64,000 nt of DNA. Source: Octopus sinensis (taxonomy: Eukaryota). The notes below the pieces were generated by a model, which was given only the letters and a program-made list of their open reading frames with translations, was not told the DNA's origin and ran no database searches. The translations under genes and the position numbers were made by a program. The DNA lies in NCBI RefSeq assembly GCF_006345805.1, contig NC_043006.1:44702001-44766000 (forward strand), given 5' to 3'. Positions within the stretch are counted from its first letter, which is position 1; each line of letters opens with the position of its first letter. Shown here in pieces: positions 13,555-55,459 of this stretch.

Positions 13555-14228
13555 TTTACTTGTTACAATCATTAGACCGCGGCCATGCTGTAGTACCAAA
13601 TTGGAGAAGTTTTAGTCAAATGTATCAATCCCTGTACTTATTTTCCAAAGTCTGGTACTTTGTTACCGAACTGCTAAGTCACGGGGATGTAAACACACCA
13701 GTGCTGGTTGTCAAGTATTAATGGGAGGGCATACACAGACACACACGACTGGCTTCTTTCAGTTCCCATCTACCAAATCCATTCACAAGGCTGTGGTTGG
13801 CCCAAGGCTATAGTTGATGACACTTGTCCAAGGTACCATGTTGTGGAATCACATGGCCTAGTGGTTAGAGCAGTGGACTCACGGTCGAGGGATCGCGGGT
13901 TCGAATCTCAGACCGGGTGATGTGTGTGTTTATGAGCGAAACACCTAAGCTCCATGCGGCTCTGGCAGAAGGTAATGGGGAACTTCTGTTGACTCTCAAG
14001 ACACAACTTTCTCTCACTCTTTTCTCCTGCATCTTGCAGCTCACCTGTAATGGACCGGCGTCCTGTCCAGATGGGGAACCTATATGCAAGGAAACCGGGA
14101 AACTGGCCCTTATGAGCCACGCATGGCTTGAGAAGGAATAAGCAAATGGTACCATGTGAATGGGACTGAACCCGGGATCATGTGGCTGGGAAGCAAACTT
14201 CTTACCAAACAGCCATGCCTGCACCTGT
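13555..14228 (-). mobile_element. Family A SINE (minus) interrupted by a second SINE
   Basis: Body at 13555-13841 and head at 14148-14228 join across a 10-bp duplication GGTACCATGT. Confidence 0.7.
13842..14147 (+). mobile_element. tRNA-derived SINE (family D2) nested in a family A SINE
   Basis: Head TGGCCTAGTGGTTAGAGC...GGTTCGAATCTC. 10-bp TSD at 13832-13841 and 14148-14157. Confidence 0.8.
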
Positions 14229-14980
14229 GTAATGAATGATAATGTATCCTATGTTCCACATAACGATTTTCATTACCCATTTTTAAAGTTAAGGGCATTA
14301 ACCCTCACTGCTTAGATTAAACATTTGTTGGTATGTAACATGCTAATCATATGCAAATCAGTTCTCACAACCTCCTTAAATTGTCATGTAAGAGAAAAAT
14401 GTGTATACTATGTCATATGAAATATTGAAAATCCCAAAAAGTATCCCACTATCAGAAATGACTCGCTTTAGTTCTCATGTTTCAAGTGTAATGTACTGAA
14501 CCGAGTACACTTATTTTCTGTACAGTATGGGCTTAAAGACTTCACTATGCTCCCTTTTTTTTAATGGTTTACTTATAAGCGAAAGAACCATACCCATATC
14601 CCCTTCCAGGCATCTTGTATGAAGTTATCCTTAAACTAGACATCTGACCTAAATGCTTGCAACAAAGAAGATTTGATTACAAGCACCAGAATGGTCAAGT
14701 GATGGCCATGGATCAAGGCTGTCACTTACAAACAGGAATGGCTCTCCTAGGCAGATTTTGCTCAGTCTCTGTGTACCTAATTTTAGTCACATTGCTTTGG
14801 TCAATACGAGGATATGCTACAAGAGTTTTGCTCATGCAATGGGAACAAACCTGAAGCCAGGTATTTAGGAAACGAACATTATATTGTGTAGGAACCTATA
14901 CCACTGGAACTCTACTTTCAGAAAACCCAAAGCAAATAAGACAGCTTTTACTTGGTTGTTTAACATAGAAAACAAACAGG

Positions 14981-15153
14981 TAGGTGTAGGAGTGGCTGTG
15001 TGGTAAGTAGCTTGCTTACCAACCATATGGTTCTGGGTTCAGTCCCACTGCGTGGCATCTTGGGCAAGTGTCTTCTACTATAGCCTCGGGCCGACTAAAG
15101 CCTTATGAGTGAATTTGGTAGATGGAAACTGAAAGAAGCCAGTCGTATATATG

Positions 15154-15192
<39 letters not shown>

Positions 15193-15395
15193 TTGTGTGT
15201 CTGTGTTTGTCACCCCAACATCACTTGACAACTGATGCTGGTGTGTTTACGTCCCCGTAACTTAGTGGTTCGGCAAAAGAGACCGACAGAATAAGTACTA
15301 GGCTTACAAAGAATAAGTCCTGGGGTCGATTTGCTTGACTAAAAGGCGGTGCTCCAGCATAGCCACAGTCAAATGACTAAAACAAGTAAAAGAGT
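14981..15395 (+). mobile_element. Full-length family A SINE (GGAGTGGCTGTGTGGTAAG...internal (TA)/(GT)n...CAAGTAAAAGAG)
   Basis: Near-identical structure at 24998-25402 and 46697-47077. Confidence 0.85.
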
Positions 15396-17162
15396 AGTTA
15401 AAATCATCTTCAAATCCGCATCCTGTTATTTGTAATAAAACTTATAAATTGGTTGGTTGTGATCCTAGACACTGTGCTTCAAAAAGATTTAAAAAAAAAT
15501 AAAAGAAAACAAAAGGAAAAATTTTGGGAATGTTACGCTGTTGATCATTGGTCTGCTCAGTCAAGCTTATATCCTGTTGTATTTCCACTTGTATTAGTAA
15601 AGTGTCCGGGTTTTTTCCTGAATATCATATGGGTTACTTGCTGTCAAATCCGGTATCATTTCTTTTGTCAAAAAAGTTAGCTTGGGCTTGACCTGGACTA
15701 TAATAGAAGACACTTGCTAAAGGTGTCATGCAGTAGGACTGAAACCAGAACCATGTAGTTTGGAGGCAAACTCCTTATCATATACCCACACCTGTCTGCA
15801 ATTAACTTATTGTTACAGTTCACAAAATTTTAACTGCTACCTTAGCTTTAACTATAATTTAAAGCTCTATTATCTCTAGTATTCTTGTTACCCTGTTTGT
15901 TCAGTTTTAAATGTTTTTGTTTTTATATTTGTTATTCTGGATTCCGTAGAGATTATAATGGACACTAGCTCTGCCGAACACCGAAAACGTCTGGTGTAAT
16001 GTACACCAGTTTCCTTTCTCATTTCCACATTGTAGAGTAGTGCTTTACCATTTCTGTTTTAGCTGCTTACTTGCATGCGTGCACACAAGTGTCTCACAGA
16101 TATATGATATAATAGTATATTAACTGTTGCACATAACATAATGGTTAAGGGTAATCTGCTCATGGCTGTAAGTTTGTGAGTTTGATTCCCACTGGCGCAT
16201 AGCTTCAGTTCACTCAGCTGGCAAAAATGAGTTGTATCTGTAAATCAAAGGGCCATACACACATTCAAAGGGCTTCCACACAGTTTCTGTCTACCAAATT
16301 CACTCACAAGACATCGATTGGCCCTGAATTATAGTAGAAGACATTCACCCAAGATACTGCACAGTGTGATTGAACCCAAAACCTCAAGGGTTGCAAAGCA
16401 AGTTTCTTAACTACACAGCCATGATTGCAGTTTAAACTCAAATTTCCGACAAAAAAAAATACCTCCATAAAAAAACAACAACAAAAAACCCCAGGTAAAT
16501 GAAATGAAAATGGCTGAGAGTCCCTCTTCTGCAGAGCATGCTATAAGTACCTACTGTTGCTAATGTCATTTGGAAACATGTAATTGATCAATCACATATA
16601 AATGCAACATTTAATCAAAAGAAATAAAAGAAACCAATATTTTTGTAAGAAGAATAAATATTTTATTCATTTATAAAACACTTTGCATATCATCAAATCA
16701 TTTTCCGTTTATAGACAGGTTAGCACCCACTTACATATTAAATCTTACTTGTATTGCAACACACTCCCACAAAAATCATATAAATCTGACCGGGACTTTG
16801 TTTATTAATCATTTCCAAAAATATACGAAATATCTCTTATTTTTTTATCATTTTTCTTTTAATATCAGTGTTAGCATTAAAATTTAGTGAAAACCATATG
16901 AAAACAAAACAATCCCCCAAACCATAAGATATATGTTTTCCAGAGCCTCAAAACTTCTAAGTTGATGGAGTAGAGGACCACTACCCCCAAATGTCATTGA
17001 ACTGAAACAATGGTCAAAGTGAAATTTAAATTGATAAAAAATTTCGTTGGCATCCTTGCTTGTGTGGTGCATTTTTTTCTCAAAAGGGTAGTTGAGTTTG
17101 AGTCATAAATCTACCTATATAAAATATACAAGGACCACAAGCCAGTGAGGGAGTATTTAGAT

Positions 17163-17418
17163 CATTGGTTTGCAACCATTTTTTACTAATGGACCTCTGT
17201 GATCCTATTTTCCTCAGGTGGATCCTCATAGCCATACAATGTTTAAAAATCCTGCTATATTTTTATAATTAAATATTATTAGGAATTGTATAAAAAAAGA
17301 TTGTTAAAGTATTTTGCTTATTGTAAAAGTATGACCAATTTATTGCACATACCAAAAAAATAGAAAAAAATCTTTTGTGAATCCCAAGGGTCATACGGAC
17401 CCTAGTTGAGAACCACTG
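17163..17418. mobile_element. hAT-like MITE
   Basis: Termini CA(T)TGGTT...AACCACTG. 8-bp TSD atttagat / gtttagat (7/8 match). Confidence 0.72.
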
Positions 17419-17699
17419 GTTTAGATGGTTGCTAGATCTGCAAGAAATAGCAGCCACATCTCTCTCAATACACACCCTAGTTAAGCACACTTTAGAAAAA
17501 TGTGAGACATAAAAAAGGGATAACACAGAAAATAGTGCTGTTTAGCACTGCACACATATTACAGAGTAGTTTCAATACAATAAAAGAAAAACCGCAAAAC
17601 AAATCACTTGCACATACCCAAGGAACTCGCTGCTGTGCATGGTAATACATTGAAAGACACCTAATTAATTACAGAAAGACATCTAATTAATAATGATAA

Positions 17700-17924
17700 T
17701 AATAATAATCCTTTCTGCTATAAGCATATGGCCAGAAGCTTTGGGGGAAGAGGTAAGTTAATTACATCAACCCCAGTGTTCAGCAGATATTTATTTTAAG
17801 CAATCCCAAAAGAATGAAAAGCAAAATTGTCCTTAACGGAATTTGAACTCAGAATGCAAAGGGACAAAAGAAATGCTGCTAAGTATTTTGTTTGATATGC
17901 TAACGGTTCTGTCAGCTCACTGCC

Positions 17925-17961
<37 letters not shown>

Positions 17962-17981
17962 CAATAATAATAATAATAATC

Positions 17982-18034
<53 letters not shown>

Positions 18035-18058
18035 CATAATAAAAATAATAATAACAAC

Positions 18059-18090
<32 letters not shown>

Positions 18091-18552
18091 CAACAACAAC
18101 AACAACAATAATCATCATCACAACAACAACAAAAACAACAATAATAATGATCCTTTTGACTAAAGGCACAAGACCTGAAATTTGTGGGGAGGGGACTAGT
18201 CGATTACATTGACCCCAGTGTTTCACTGGTACTTAATTTATTGACCCCGAAAGGCAAAGTTGACCTTGGAAGAATTTGAACACAGAACGTAGCAACGGGT
18301 GAAATGCTGCTAGGCTTTTCGTCCAGCGGACTAACCATTCTGCCAGTTCACTGCCTCAATGATAATAATAATAATAATAAGAAGAAGAATGGTTCCAAAT
18401 TTTGGCACAAGGCCAACAATTTTGAGGGGAGGAGGTAAGTCAATTTCATCGACCCCCAGTAGTCAACTGGTACTTATTTTATCGATCCCGAAAGGATGAA
18501 AGGTAAAGTCAACCATAGCGGAATTTGAACTCCAACAATAATATAATAATGA

Positions 18553-18629
<77 letters not shown>

Positions 18630-18840
18630 ACAATATTTTTCAAATTTTAGCACAAGGCCAGTAATTTCTAGGGGTGGGGTTTTTCCTCGATTCAATCAAG
18701 CCCAGTACTTGGGTGGTATTTTATTTTATTAACCCTGAAAGAATGAAAGGCAAAGCTGACCCCGTCAGGATTTGAATTCAGAATTTAAAGATCTGTGACA
18801 AAATACTACTACGTATTTTGTCTGATGCTCTAACGATACT
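17700..18840 (-). mobile_element. Stack of four family B SINEs separated by (AAT)n/(AAC)n and (CTA)n microsatellites
   Basis: Copies at about 17700-17920, 18150-18360, 18390-18535 and 18640-18840. Microsatellites at 17925-18150 and 18552-18628. Confidence 0.75.
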
Positions 18841-18929
18841 CCAAGATGGTGATAATGATGGTAATGATGCTGATGATGCTGATGATGATAATGATGGCAG
18901 TTATATGTGAAATGAAGGAGAGCATAATT

Positions 18930-47621
<28,692 letters not shown>

Positions 47622-48009
47622 CTGTAAAAAGAAATAATTGTGTTGTTATAGACTGAGGAGTCTGTTTATCACTAAGTGTGTCTTTCATTCTTTCATTCAT
47701 CCACTTTTAGAATTGGTAAATTAAAGCATTGTGGCTCATAGAAGTTGCCACCATCATAAATTCCTATGGATCCCAAAATGTTCTTAAATTTTTTCTGGAT
47801 TTATTAATGAAAAAGAGACTCTGATAAGATTTATCAGTAAAGTTTGATATAAATTTGATCAAAATTGTAAATATAGGGTAAAAAGAAACAAAAAAGAAAA
47901 TAGTTAAAAAGTAATATAAATTTGTTTATGTCAGAAATTTCGTTTGACAAATAATGTGAAAATAATGTGAAACTATTTCTGATCACTCAGAGATTGTTAA
48001 GTAAAGAGT

Positions 48010-48190
48010 GCTTTCTACTATAGGCACAAGGCCTGAAATTTTTTGAGAGGGGACTAGTCAATTACATTGCTCCCTCTTTCCAGTGCTCAACTGGTACTTA
48101 TTTTATAAATCCTGAAAGAATGATAGGCAAAGACGATCTCAGTGGAATTTGAACCCAGCATTTTGTTCGGTATGCTAATGTTTCTACGAC
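48010..48190 (-). mobile_element. Family B SINE remnant
   Basis: Reverse complement of the family B body and tail. Confidence 0.62.
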
Positions 48191-48839
48191 CTGGCAGAAA
48201 CGTTAGGAGATTGTTAACTATTGCGGTGATGAAATAACAGTTTCTAATTGTAACAGAAGGCCAAAAGTTTTTAGGGGAAGTGATTAAGCAATAATATCAA
48301 TCTCGGTACTTGATAAGTATTTTATTTGGATCTTTACCTTTTGACTGACAGATTTAAAAAATAATTTTTTGTAACTAAACACTTTCAGTCTTCGGACACT
48401 GGTAGAATGTGTCATATAAAACATCTTTTACTCTTAGCATTTTTGAGAAAAACTTATATTTACGAAGTTATTTCATGTTAAAGTTGTCCTATTTCGATAA
48501 TTTCAACCAATCAATGATGTGTATTCAGCCGAATAAAATTACTGCTGTTGCTCGTCAACAAGAACTTCCGGCGGTGTGTATTTCATTTGTCACTGTTATT
48601 TATGACAACCCTAACTCTAAAACCCTAACTCTAACCCTAAGACCTTAAAGCCAGTACAAACGCACAAACAATATCATAAATAACAGTGACAAACGAAAAA
48701 TATACTGCTGATAGTTGTTGTTAACAAACAACGGCAGCTGGCTTTAACTGGAAGCTGCATTTTGGTGATGCTGATGGAGCAACAGGCTGGCAAATTTTTA
48801 AGCCTTGAAGTAATGAGATACTCATTATACAACCAACTC

Positions 48840-49070
48840 TAAAAAAAGGTGTCTTTTAATCTTTAGTCATGGTTCTAATAGAGGATTTTCTTTAAGCCTG
48901 CCTTTGCCTAGGAAGCTAACTTCACTAAAGGCAGCAATGTTAGCATTCAACCTTGAAAGTTCATGTGTAACTAGAGCTGAATGTCATTCAGATTGAACAG
49001 TATCTGCTGTATGAAGAATGGCTCTGATATTCCAGCATGCAAGATTTAGTTTTTGCAGACCTTGCACTTT
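48840..49070 (-). mobile_element. Ancient RTE/BovB-like endonuclease N-terminal remnant
   Basis: Translation KLNLACWNIRAIL...HSALVTHELSRLNANIAAFSEVSFLGKGRLKE resembles the APE N-terminus (WNVRTL...ELARYNIDIAALSE). Confidence 0.55.
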
Positions 49071-50220
49071 GTGAGGTAGATGTACACATTTTCTTTGTTA
49101 TTAAACAGCATCAGTGGGTGTCTTTTTGCTGTAGCTATCCCTCTGTGGGAAATTAAGATGAGATTAGCTTAGGCTGAATTTTCTAGTGTTGTATCCATGC
49201 AGTGTCAAACAATGTTGCCTCTAGAGAAGGTTTCTTAGTCATTCAGGGTGTTGCATATCAAACGACCCATACACTTGAACTTCTTGTATGTATGTTTGGA
49301 ATTGTAGCTTTCAGTAACATGCTCTTTTGCTATTCTCACATCTTTTCTTCCATCGTAAGGCTTGATGAATGGCCACTGGGTCTTGTTCTAGATGTAGATG
49401 TGTGTTTCAGTGGATTTATAGGTGGAATGCAGTGTGTCTAGAGTTAGTGTGCGTGGGGTAGTGATTATTCTCATATATTTTTAATTGTTAAACTGTGCCA
49501 ATCTGTGTTCATCATTTTTCAAGTTTTCATTGTATTTGTGATTTTTTTCCAAGTATAAAAACAATATGACTCGTCAAACAACATTCCACAAACTAAGAAA
49601 CTGACTACTATTAATACTTTTATAAATAATTCCAACCATGTGGGTCTTTTCTTTATTAAAGCTGCATTCTTGTCTTGCTGAATGTAACCTGACACCGCAG
49701 AGAATGACATGTTGAATATACAAATACTCAAATCCTCCTATATAATCCACTTGACTGAGCACAAAATATTTGCATAATGGCAGGTTTCTTCACCTGTCAA
49801 TTACATGGCTTGATTTCAGATTTAATTTGCACATGTCCTTGATGGACATCACAATTTCATTCTTTCTACACTTAAAAAAAATTGGAGCATTGTGCCTAAG
49901 AAAGAAATAAGTTAGATATGTCTATGTGGAAAGAAATTTGCTTTTCAACCTCATGTTTCTGAGTTCAATCCTACTATATGACACCTTGGGCATATATCTT
50001 CTCCTATAGCCATCTGTATGTTAATTTCATGATCAGGCTGTTCCGTTGATCTTTTGAACTGGAAAACTCATCTTCGTAACTGATGAAGCGTCAGTTTTAT
50101 AAGTTAGATAATTTAGATATGTTCAACCAGTGTTTGCCCCAGGTTATGTTTCTCCCGCCTCTCTCTCTATATATATGCACATATATATATCTAGATATAT
50201 TCATATATATATATATATAT

Positions 50221-50392
50221 AACTATAAATAAGAGTATCTGAGAGACACCACCATGCTGAAATAGCAGTCAAAACCCTGACTCTAAAAACCACCTAAAAT
50301 GTTCATATGAACAATTTAGGTGGTTTTTAGAGTCAGGGTTTTGACTGCTATTTTGGCATGGTGGTGTCTCTCAGATACCCTTATTTATAGTT
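50221..50392. repeat. 172-bp loopless palindrome (86-bp arms, 4 mismatches)
   Basis: Centre TGTTCAT|ATGAACA at 50306/50307; arms compared by eye. Confidence 0.93.
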
Positions 50393-50676
50393 GTAAAAAA
50401 TTATTACCTTTGTATGGTATTTATTCCCATGCTGGCCACTTGATAATATTGATAGTTAAATATCGATATTATCCTTATTTATAAATATATACATATATAT
50501 ATATCTGTAAATTAATATGTTACCATTATTCAATAGCCAAGATAAAACTCTGAGTTTTGGATGCCGAAGTGGAAATCCACAACACCATCTCTTCGGTTAT
50601 ATGGCCATTTCTATTTCCTATATTTACATAATATTGAGATCTCTTTCTTTCTTTTGTTATCTTACCGTTTTTACCA

Positions 50677-50708
<32 letters not shown>

Positions 50709-50729
50709 TAAATTAATAATAATATACAT

Positions 50730-51295
50730 ATGTACTTATGCGTACCTTTCATTTATTGGACACTAAACCCTGCTTGCAAAGACCTGTTGTGGCAAGTGAA
50801 ATCAAAATCAAAATCAAATTTGATGACTGGCATCCGTGCTAGTGGAGCGCTAAGAGTACCATACGAGCGTAATTGTTGCCGGAGCAACAAGCTGACCTCT
50901 GTGCTGATGGCATGTAAAAAGCACCACTTGAGCATGATCATTACCTGCATCACCTTACTGGCACTTGCGCTGGTAGCACGTGAAAAAACATTCAAGCAAG
51001 GTCGTTGCCAGTGCCACTGGACTGGATCCTGTGCAGGTGGAACATAAAAAGCACCATTTGAGCATGGCCGCTGCCAGTACCACCTGACTGGCCCTCGTGC
51101 CGGTGGCACGTAAAAGCACCCACCATACTCTCGGAGTGGTTGGCGTTTGGAAGGGCATCCAGCTGTAGAAACTCTGCCAGATCAGATCGGAGTCTAGTGC
51201 AGCCATCTGGTTCACCAGACCTCAGTCAAATCGTCCAACCCATGCTAGCATGGAAAGCAGACGTTAAACGATGACGACGATGATGATGATGATGA
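50730..51295 (+). mobile_element. RTE LINE 3'-end fragment with (GAT)n tail
   Basis: Collinear with 27170-27660. Confidence 0.8.
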
Positions 51296-51567
51296 TATGT
51301 ATATAATTATATTAAGGGAGCAAGGGTGAAAACGACCTGAAGTCGTTTTTGCCTTTGCTCGCTTAATAAAATTATATACATATGTATTTTTATTAATTTA
51401 ATGTATAAATTACCTATAAATTTTGATAGCATGCTGAGTACCTGATAAAAATCATTAATGTGATTTTTATCCTTAAATTCTATTATGAATTAATAAATAA
51501 AATAAAATATATATCTATATATACTCATGAATATGCATATTTATTTATATATAAATATCTACACATG

Positions 51568-51598
<31 letters not shown>

Positions 51599-51687
51599 GT
51601 GTGCTTACACAATACATGAATATAATATATATATGTGCTTACACAATACATGAATATAATATATATATATATATATGCACATATATC

Positions 51688-52252
51688 ATCACCATCATCA
51701 TAGTTTAACGTCCGTTTTCCATGCTAGCATGGGTTGGAAGGTTTGACTGGGGTCTGAGAAGCCAGGAGGATGCACCAGGCTCCAGTCTGATCAGGCAGTG
51801 TTTCTACAGCTGGATGCCCTTCCTAACGTTAACCACTCCATGAGTGTAGTGGGTGCTTTTTACGTGCCACCGGCACAGGGGCCAGAGGAGGCTGGAAATG
51901 GCTACGATCAGTTGGTGCTTTTTATATGCCACTGGCACGGATGGCAGTCAAGGCAGCGCTGGCATTGGCCACGCTTGGATGGTGCTTTTTATGTGGCAAA
52001 GGCATGGGTATCACAACTACAATTTCCATTTGATTTTTATTTTGATGCTGATGTACTTGACTCAATAGGTCTCCTCAAGCACAGCAGGTCACCCTACAAT
52101 CCAAGGTAAGCACAACAGGCCATCCTGTGAGCCATGAACTCACTTCATTTGTCAGGTCTTCGCAGTCACAGCATATCTCCAGATGTAGTGGTCTTTTGTC
52201 ATTGCCTCTGTGAGGCCCAATGTTCGAAAATCATGCTTGACCACCTCATCAT
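51688..52252 (-). mobile_element. RTE LINE 3'-end fragment
   Basis: Includes the DEVVKHDFRTLGLTEAMT C-terminal remnant and the 3' UTR. Confidence 0.78.
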
Positions 52253-52370
52253 ATATACACACACACACACGCACACAGACACACGCACACAGACACACGC
52301 ACACAGACACACGCACACAGACACACGCACACAGACACACGCACACAGACACACAGACACACACACACAT
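52252..52370 (+). repeat. (CA)n-derived 12-bp repeat (CACAGACACACG)n
   Basis: Read directly. Confidence 0.9.
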
Positions 52371-52603
52371 GATTGATTAAAAAAATGGAAACAGGAGGTA
52401 AAGGAAAGTTCAAAATAAAAGGAAGAAGGAGGAAAAAAATCACCAACATTCCATGTGTAGTTATATTCTTGAAATGACTGGAAGTAGATTGACAAAGAAA
52501 ATGTGCTTTCCGGGACAGGAGAATGTGAAGAATGGTTGGTATCTGTGTGTGGGTGTGTGGGTGGGTGTGTGTGTGGCAGTAACTGAGTGTGTGCGTGTGT
52601 GCC

Positions 52604-52910
52604 TGACCAAAGCCTTGTGAGTGGATTTGGTAGACGGAAACTGAATGAAGCCTGTTGTATATATGTATGTGTATATATATATATATGTGTGTGTTTGTGT
52701 GTCTGTGTTTGTCCCCCCAACATCGCTTAACAGCCAATGCTGGTGTGTTTACATCCCCGTAACGTAGCAGTTCGGCGAAAGAGACCGATAGAATAAGTAC
52801 TAGGCTGACAAAGAATAAGTCCTGCAGTCGATTTGCTTGACTAAAGGTGGTGCTCCAGTATGGCCACAGTCGAATGACTGAAACAAGTAAAAGAGTAAAG
52901 CGTAAAGAGT
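52604..52910 (+). mobile_element. 5'-truncated family A SINE
   Basis: GACCAAAGCCTTGTGAGTGG...CAAGTAAAAGAG. Confidence 0.78.
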
Positions 52911-53289
52911 ACATATTAGTAGTTTATACAGCGTACAAAAGTAAAGAACAAATCAAACTGGAGAAACTTATTTAATAAGCTCCTGGCTGAAGATTTAAAT
53001 AGAGCAGAACGTTTTCCTTTAGTAGTTATGTTATTCAACGATTTCAGATGGATAAGCTCCACTGGAGAAGTAAATTAATATACAGAGGCTAACAATCATG
53101 TGGTAGTGAGTTCGATTCCCAGACCGGGCGGCATGTATGTATGTATGTATGTACATTCCGACTTCGTAAATCCCCCTCACCAGCAACAGACCCATGGGTC
53201 GGAGGTTTGTCATCTGAATGGTGCAGGCTGGAACCACCAATAAATGGTGGATGCAGCAATGCACTGTAACAGTGCATGCCTTATTTTAC

Positions 53290-54120
53290 TACTACTACTA
53301 CTACTACCTGGTATATACTGAGATAAGTTACGGCCAGTATTGGCCTAAGCCATGACAAACTGAATAGAACTACCTGGAAAAAACATTTCATGATGCTTCA
53401 TATTGCAGTTATTCTTGTGACACCATAGTCCATTCGAGTAAAAGAGTTATTGACTGTGGAGATATATCTAAGTGTAGGTTGCTTATCTGGAATTTGTTGA
53501 AGATATTCATTTAGGAACCGTTTGAATGTTATGAGATCTTTTTCATCTCTCACATATCTTGGCACGATGTTAAAGAGAGCAAGGCTGCTTGAAGGGAAAC
53601 TGTTCTATCCTTGTGTTGTGATGTGATGCGAGCGTAATTTTTGTAGAGGACGGATAGCATGGGAGCCAAATCTTGGATGGATTTTAAAGCTGATGTCAGC
53701 ATTATTTGGGCAATGCCGTTGGAATAGTTTCCACATCATACAAATGATATAGTGCTGACGGTGGTGTTGGAGGGAATAAAGTTTGAGCACTTTGAGCCGA
53801 TTGCAGTAATTAAGACCTGTTATGTCTATTATTTTGTGATTGATCTCTGGAGTGCTTCAGTTTTTATAATATTTTGTTTGGTGTAGAGATACCACAGCAC
53901 ACAACAGTATTCAAGGTGAATACGGGAGAAAGCTGCGAAGAGAAGGGCAATAATAAGAGTGTCCCATGACTGGAAAGTGCTGAGGATCCGTGTCGAATTT
54001 GCTGTTCATATAGGCACTCCAGCTTCTTAAGTTGTTGTTGACAAATTACTTCAAGGTCCCTATCAGTGTTTGATGCCACAAGGATTAACACCCAAGGGAA
54101 GAGTGTATGGTAGCTCAAGC
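53290..54120 (-). mobile_element. Degenerate CR1/L2-like LINE 3' fragment
   Basis: Translation NSFPSSSLALFNIVPRYVRDEKDLITFKRFLNEYLQQIPDK resembles the CR1/L2-group ORF2 C-terminus. (TAG)n tail at 53285-53307. Confidence 0.55.
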
Positions 54121-54129
54121 ATAACCTCT

Positions 54130-54460
54130 TTATCGAAGTTGAGTATATAAATATATCACGTGATCATGTGATCGACCAGACTATCAGCTGTCGTTATACA
54201 TTGCTGGTCACAATGCCCTTTACATTGTTTTAGCCTTCTAGTGATATCACCCCACTGGTTAGGCAAGCAGGACAACATTCCCCCTGATCGGGAAGCTAGT
54301 ATATTACAGGGTTAACCATTTATGGCTGAGTGGACTGAAGAAATGTGAATTGAAGTGTTTTATTCAAGAACACAATGCACCGCCCCGTCGAGGAATTGAA
54401 CCCATGGTCTAGCGATTGTGAGTGCAATTCCTTAATTACTAGGCCTTGCGCCTTCACCAT
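54130..54460 (-). mobile_element. tRNA-derived SINE remnant
   Basis: Head reverse complement GGCGCAAGGCCTAGTAATTAAG...GGGTTCAATTCCTCG. Confidence 0.6.
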
Positions 54461-54804
54461 AAACATATATACACACATGCACACGCACATACACAAACAT
54501 ACTATCATACACTATCAATTTATATATCAAATTACATGTGTGTGTGTGTGCATATGTGGATAAATATGTGTGTGTGTGCATATGTGGATAAATATGTGTG
54601 TGAGTGCATTTATGAATAAATATATACGTTTGTTCCCAAACAACACTTATTTTAGTGCTGTTGACACCGCTGGATCGAATGGTACTGCACAAGTGTCGAA
54701 ACCATAGTGATATCTGTGGAGCAGCTGATGATGGAGGTATGTTGGATTGTTAATATGACTGTTACTGTATGTGTGGAATAGTCTTATATGACATCCATTT
54801 GATA

Positions 54805-54908
54805 ACATATAATATATATATATATACATATAAATATATATATACATATATATATGTATATATATATACATATAAATATATATATACATATAAATATATA
54901 TATATATG

Positions 54909-54955
<47 letters not shown>

Positions 54956-54972
54956 GTATATATATATGTATG

Positions 54973-55004
<32 letters not shown>

Positions 55005-55039
55005 GTATATTATATATATATGTATATATAATATATATG

Positions 55040-55071
<32 letters not shown>

Positions 55072-55215
55072 TATAGATATATATATATATATGTATATAA
55101 TATATATATATATATAGTATATATAATATATATATATATATATATAGTATATATAATATATATATATATATCTATATCTATATATCTATCTATATATATA
55201 TATATATATATATAC
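54805..55215. repeat. (TA)n-rich low-complexity tract
   Basis: Read directly. Similar tracts at 58740-59237, 59870-60157, 61438-61836 and 63470-63570. Confidence 0.95.
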
Positions 55216-55384
55216 TGTTGTGTCTGGGGAGTAAGAAGATAAAAATAAGAAATAAGTGGAAATTTTACGGTGAGTGTGTTAAATTATAAGGCACAAAAAG
55301 AAAATGACTCTCCCCAGACACAACAGAATATGCTTCAACACACGAACTCACATAAAGAATCTTGTAAACCAAATCACAAAACGA

Positions 55385-55423
<39 letters not shown>

Positions 55424-55459
55424 AATGTGGATTGTTGGCAATTTTTTTCCTCTGTCTCC

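Noticed and set aside
16662-16667. Minus-strand AATAAA as the gene's polyadenylation signal
   Set aside because: AATAAA is frequent in this AT-rich DNA, and it cannot be chosen without transcript data.
47622-47700. ATG AAT GAA AGA ATG just upstream of the first identified exon
   Set aside because: Out of frame with the exon (ends in TAA) and no usable donor gives phase 0.
48607-48641. Interstitial telomere
   Set aside because: Only about five degenerate CCCTAA-like units inside a fold-back element.
49519-49762. Minus-strand ORFs with a hydrophobic stretch, as candidate first exon of the GTPase-kinase gene
   Set aside because: Weak splice sites, and the only ATG-donor combination gives phase 1 while the next exon needs phase 0.
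54655-54710. CTGTTGA-CAC...GTGTC-GAAA-CCATAG as a hammerhead
   Set aside because: Core overlaps stem II, U16.1-H17 and stem I are not satisfied; too degenerate to call.
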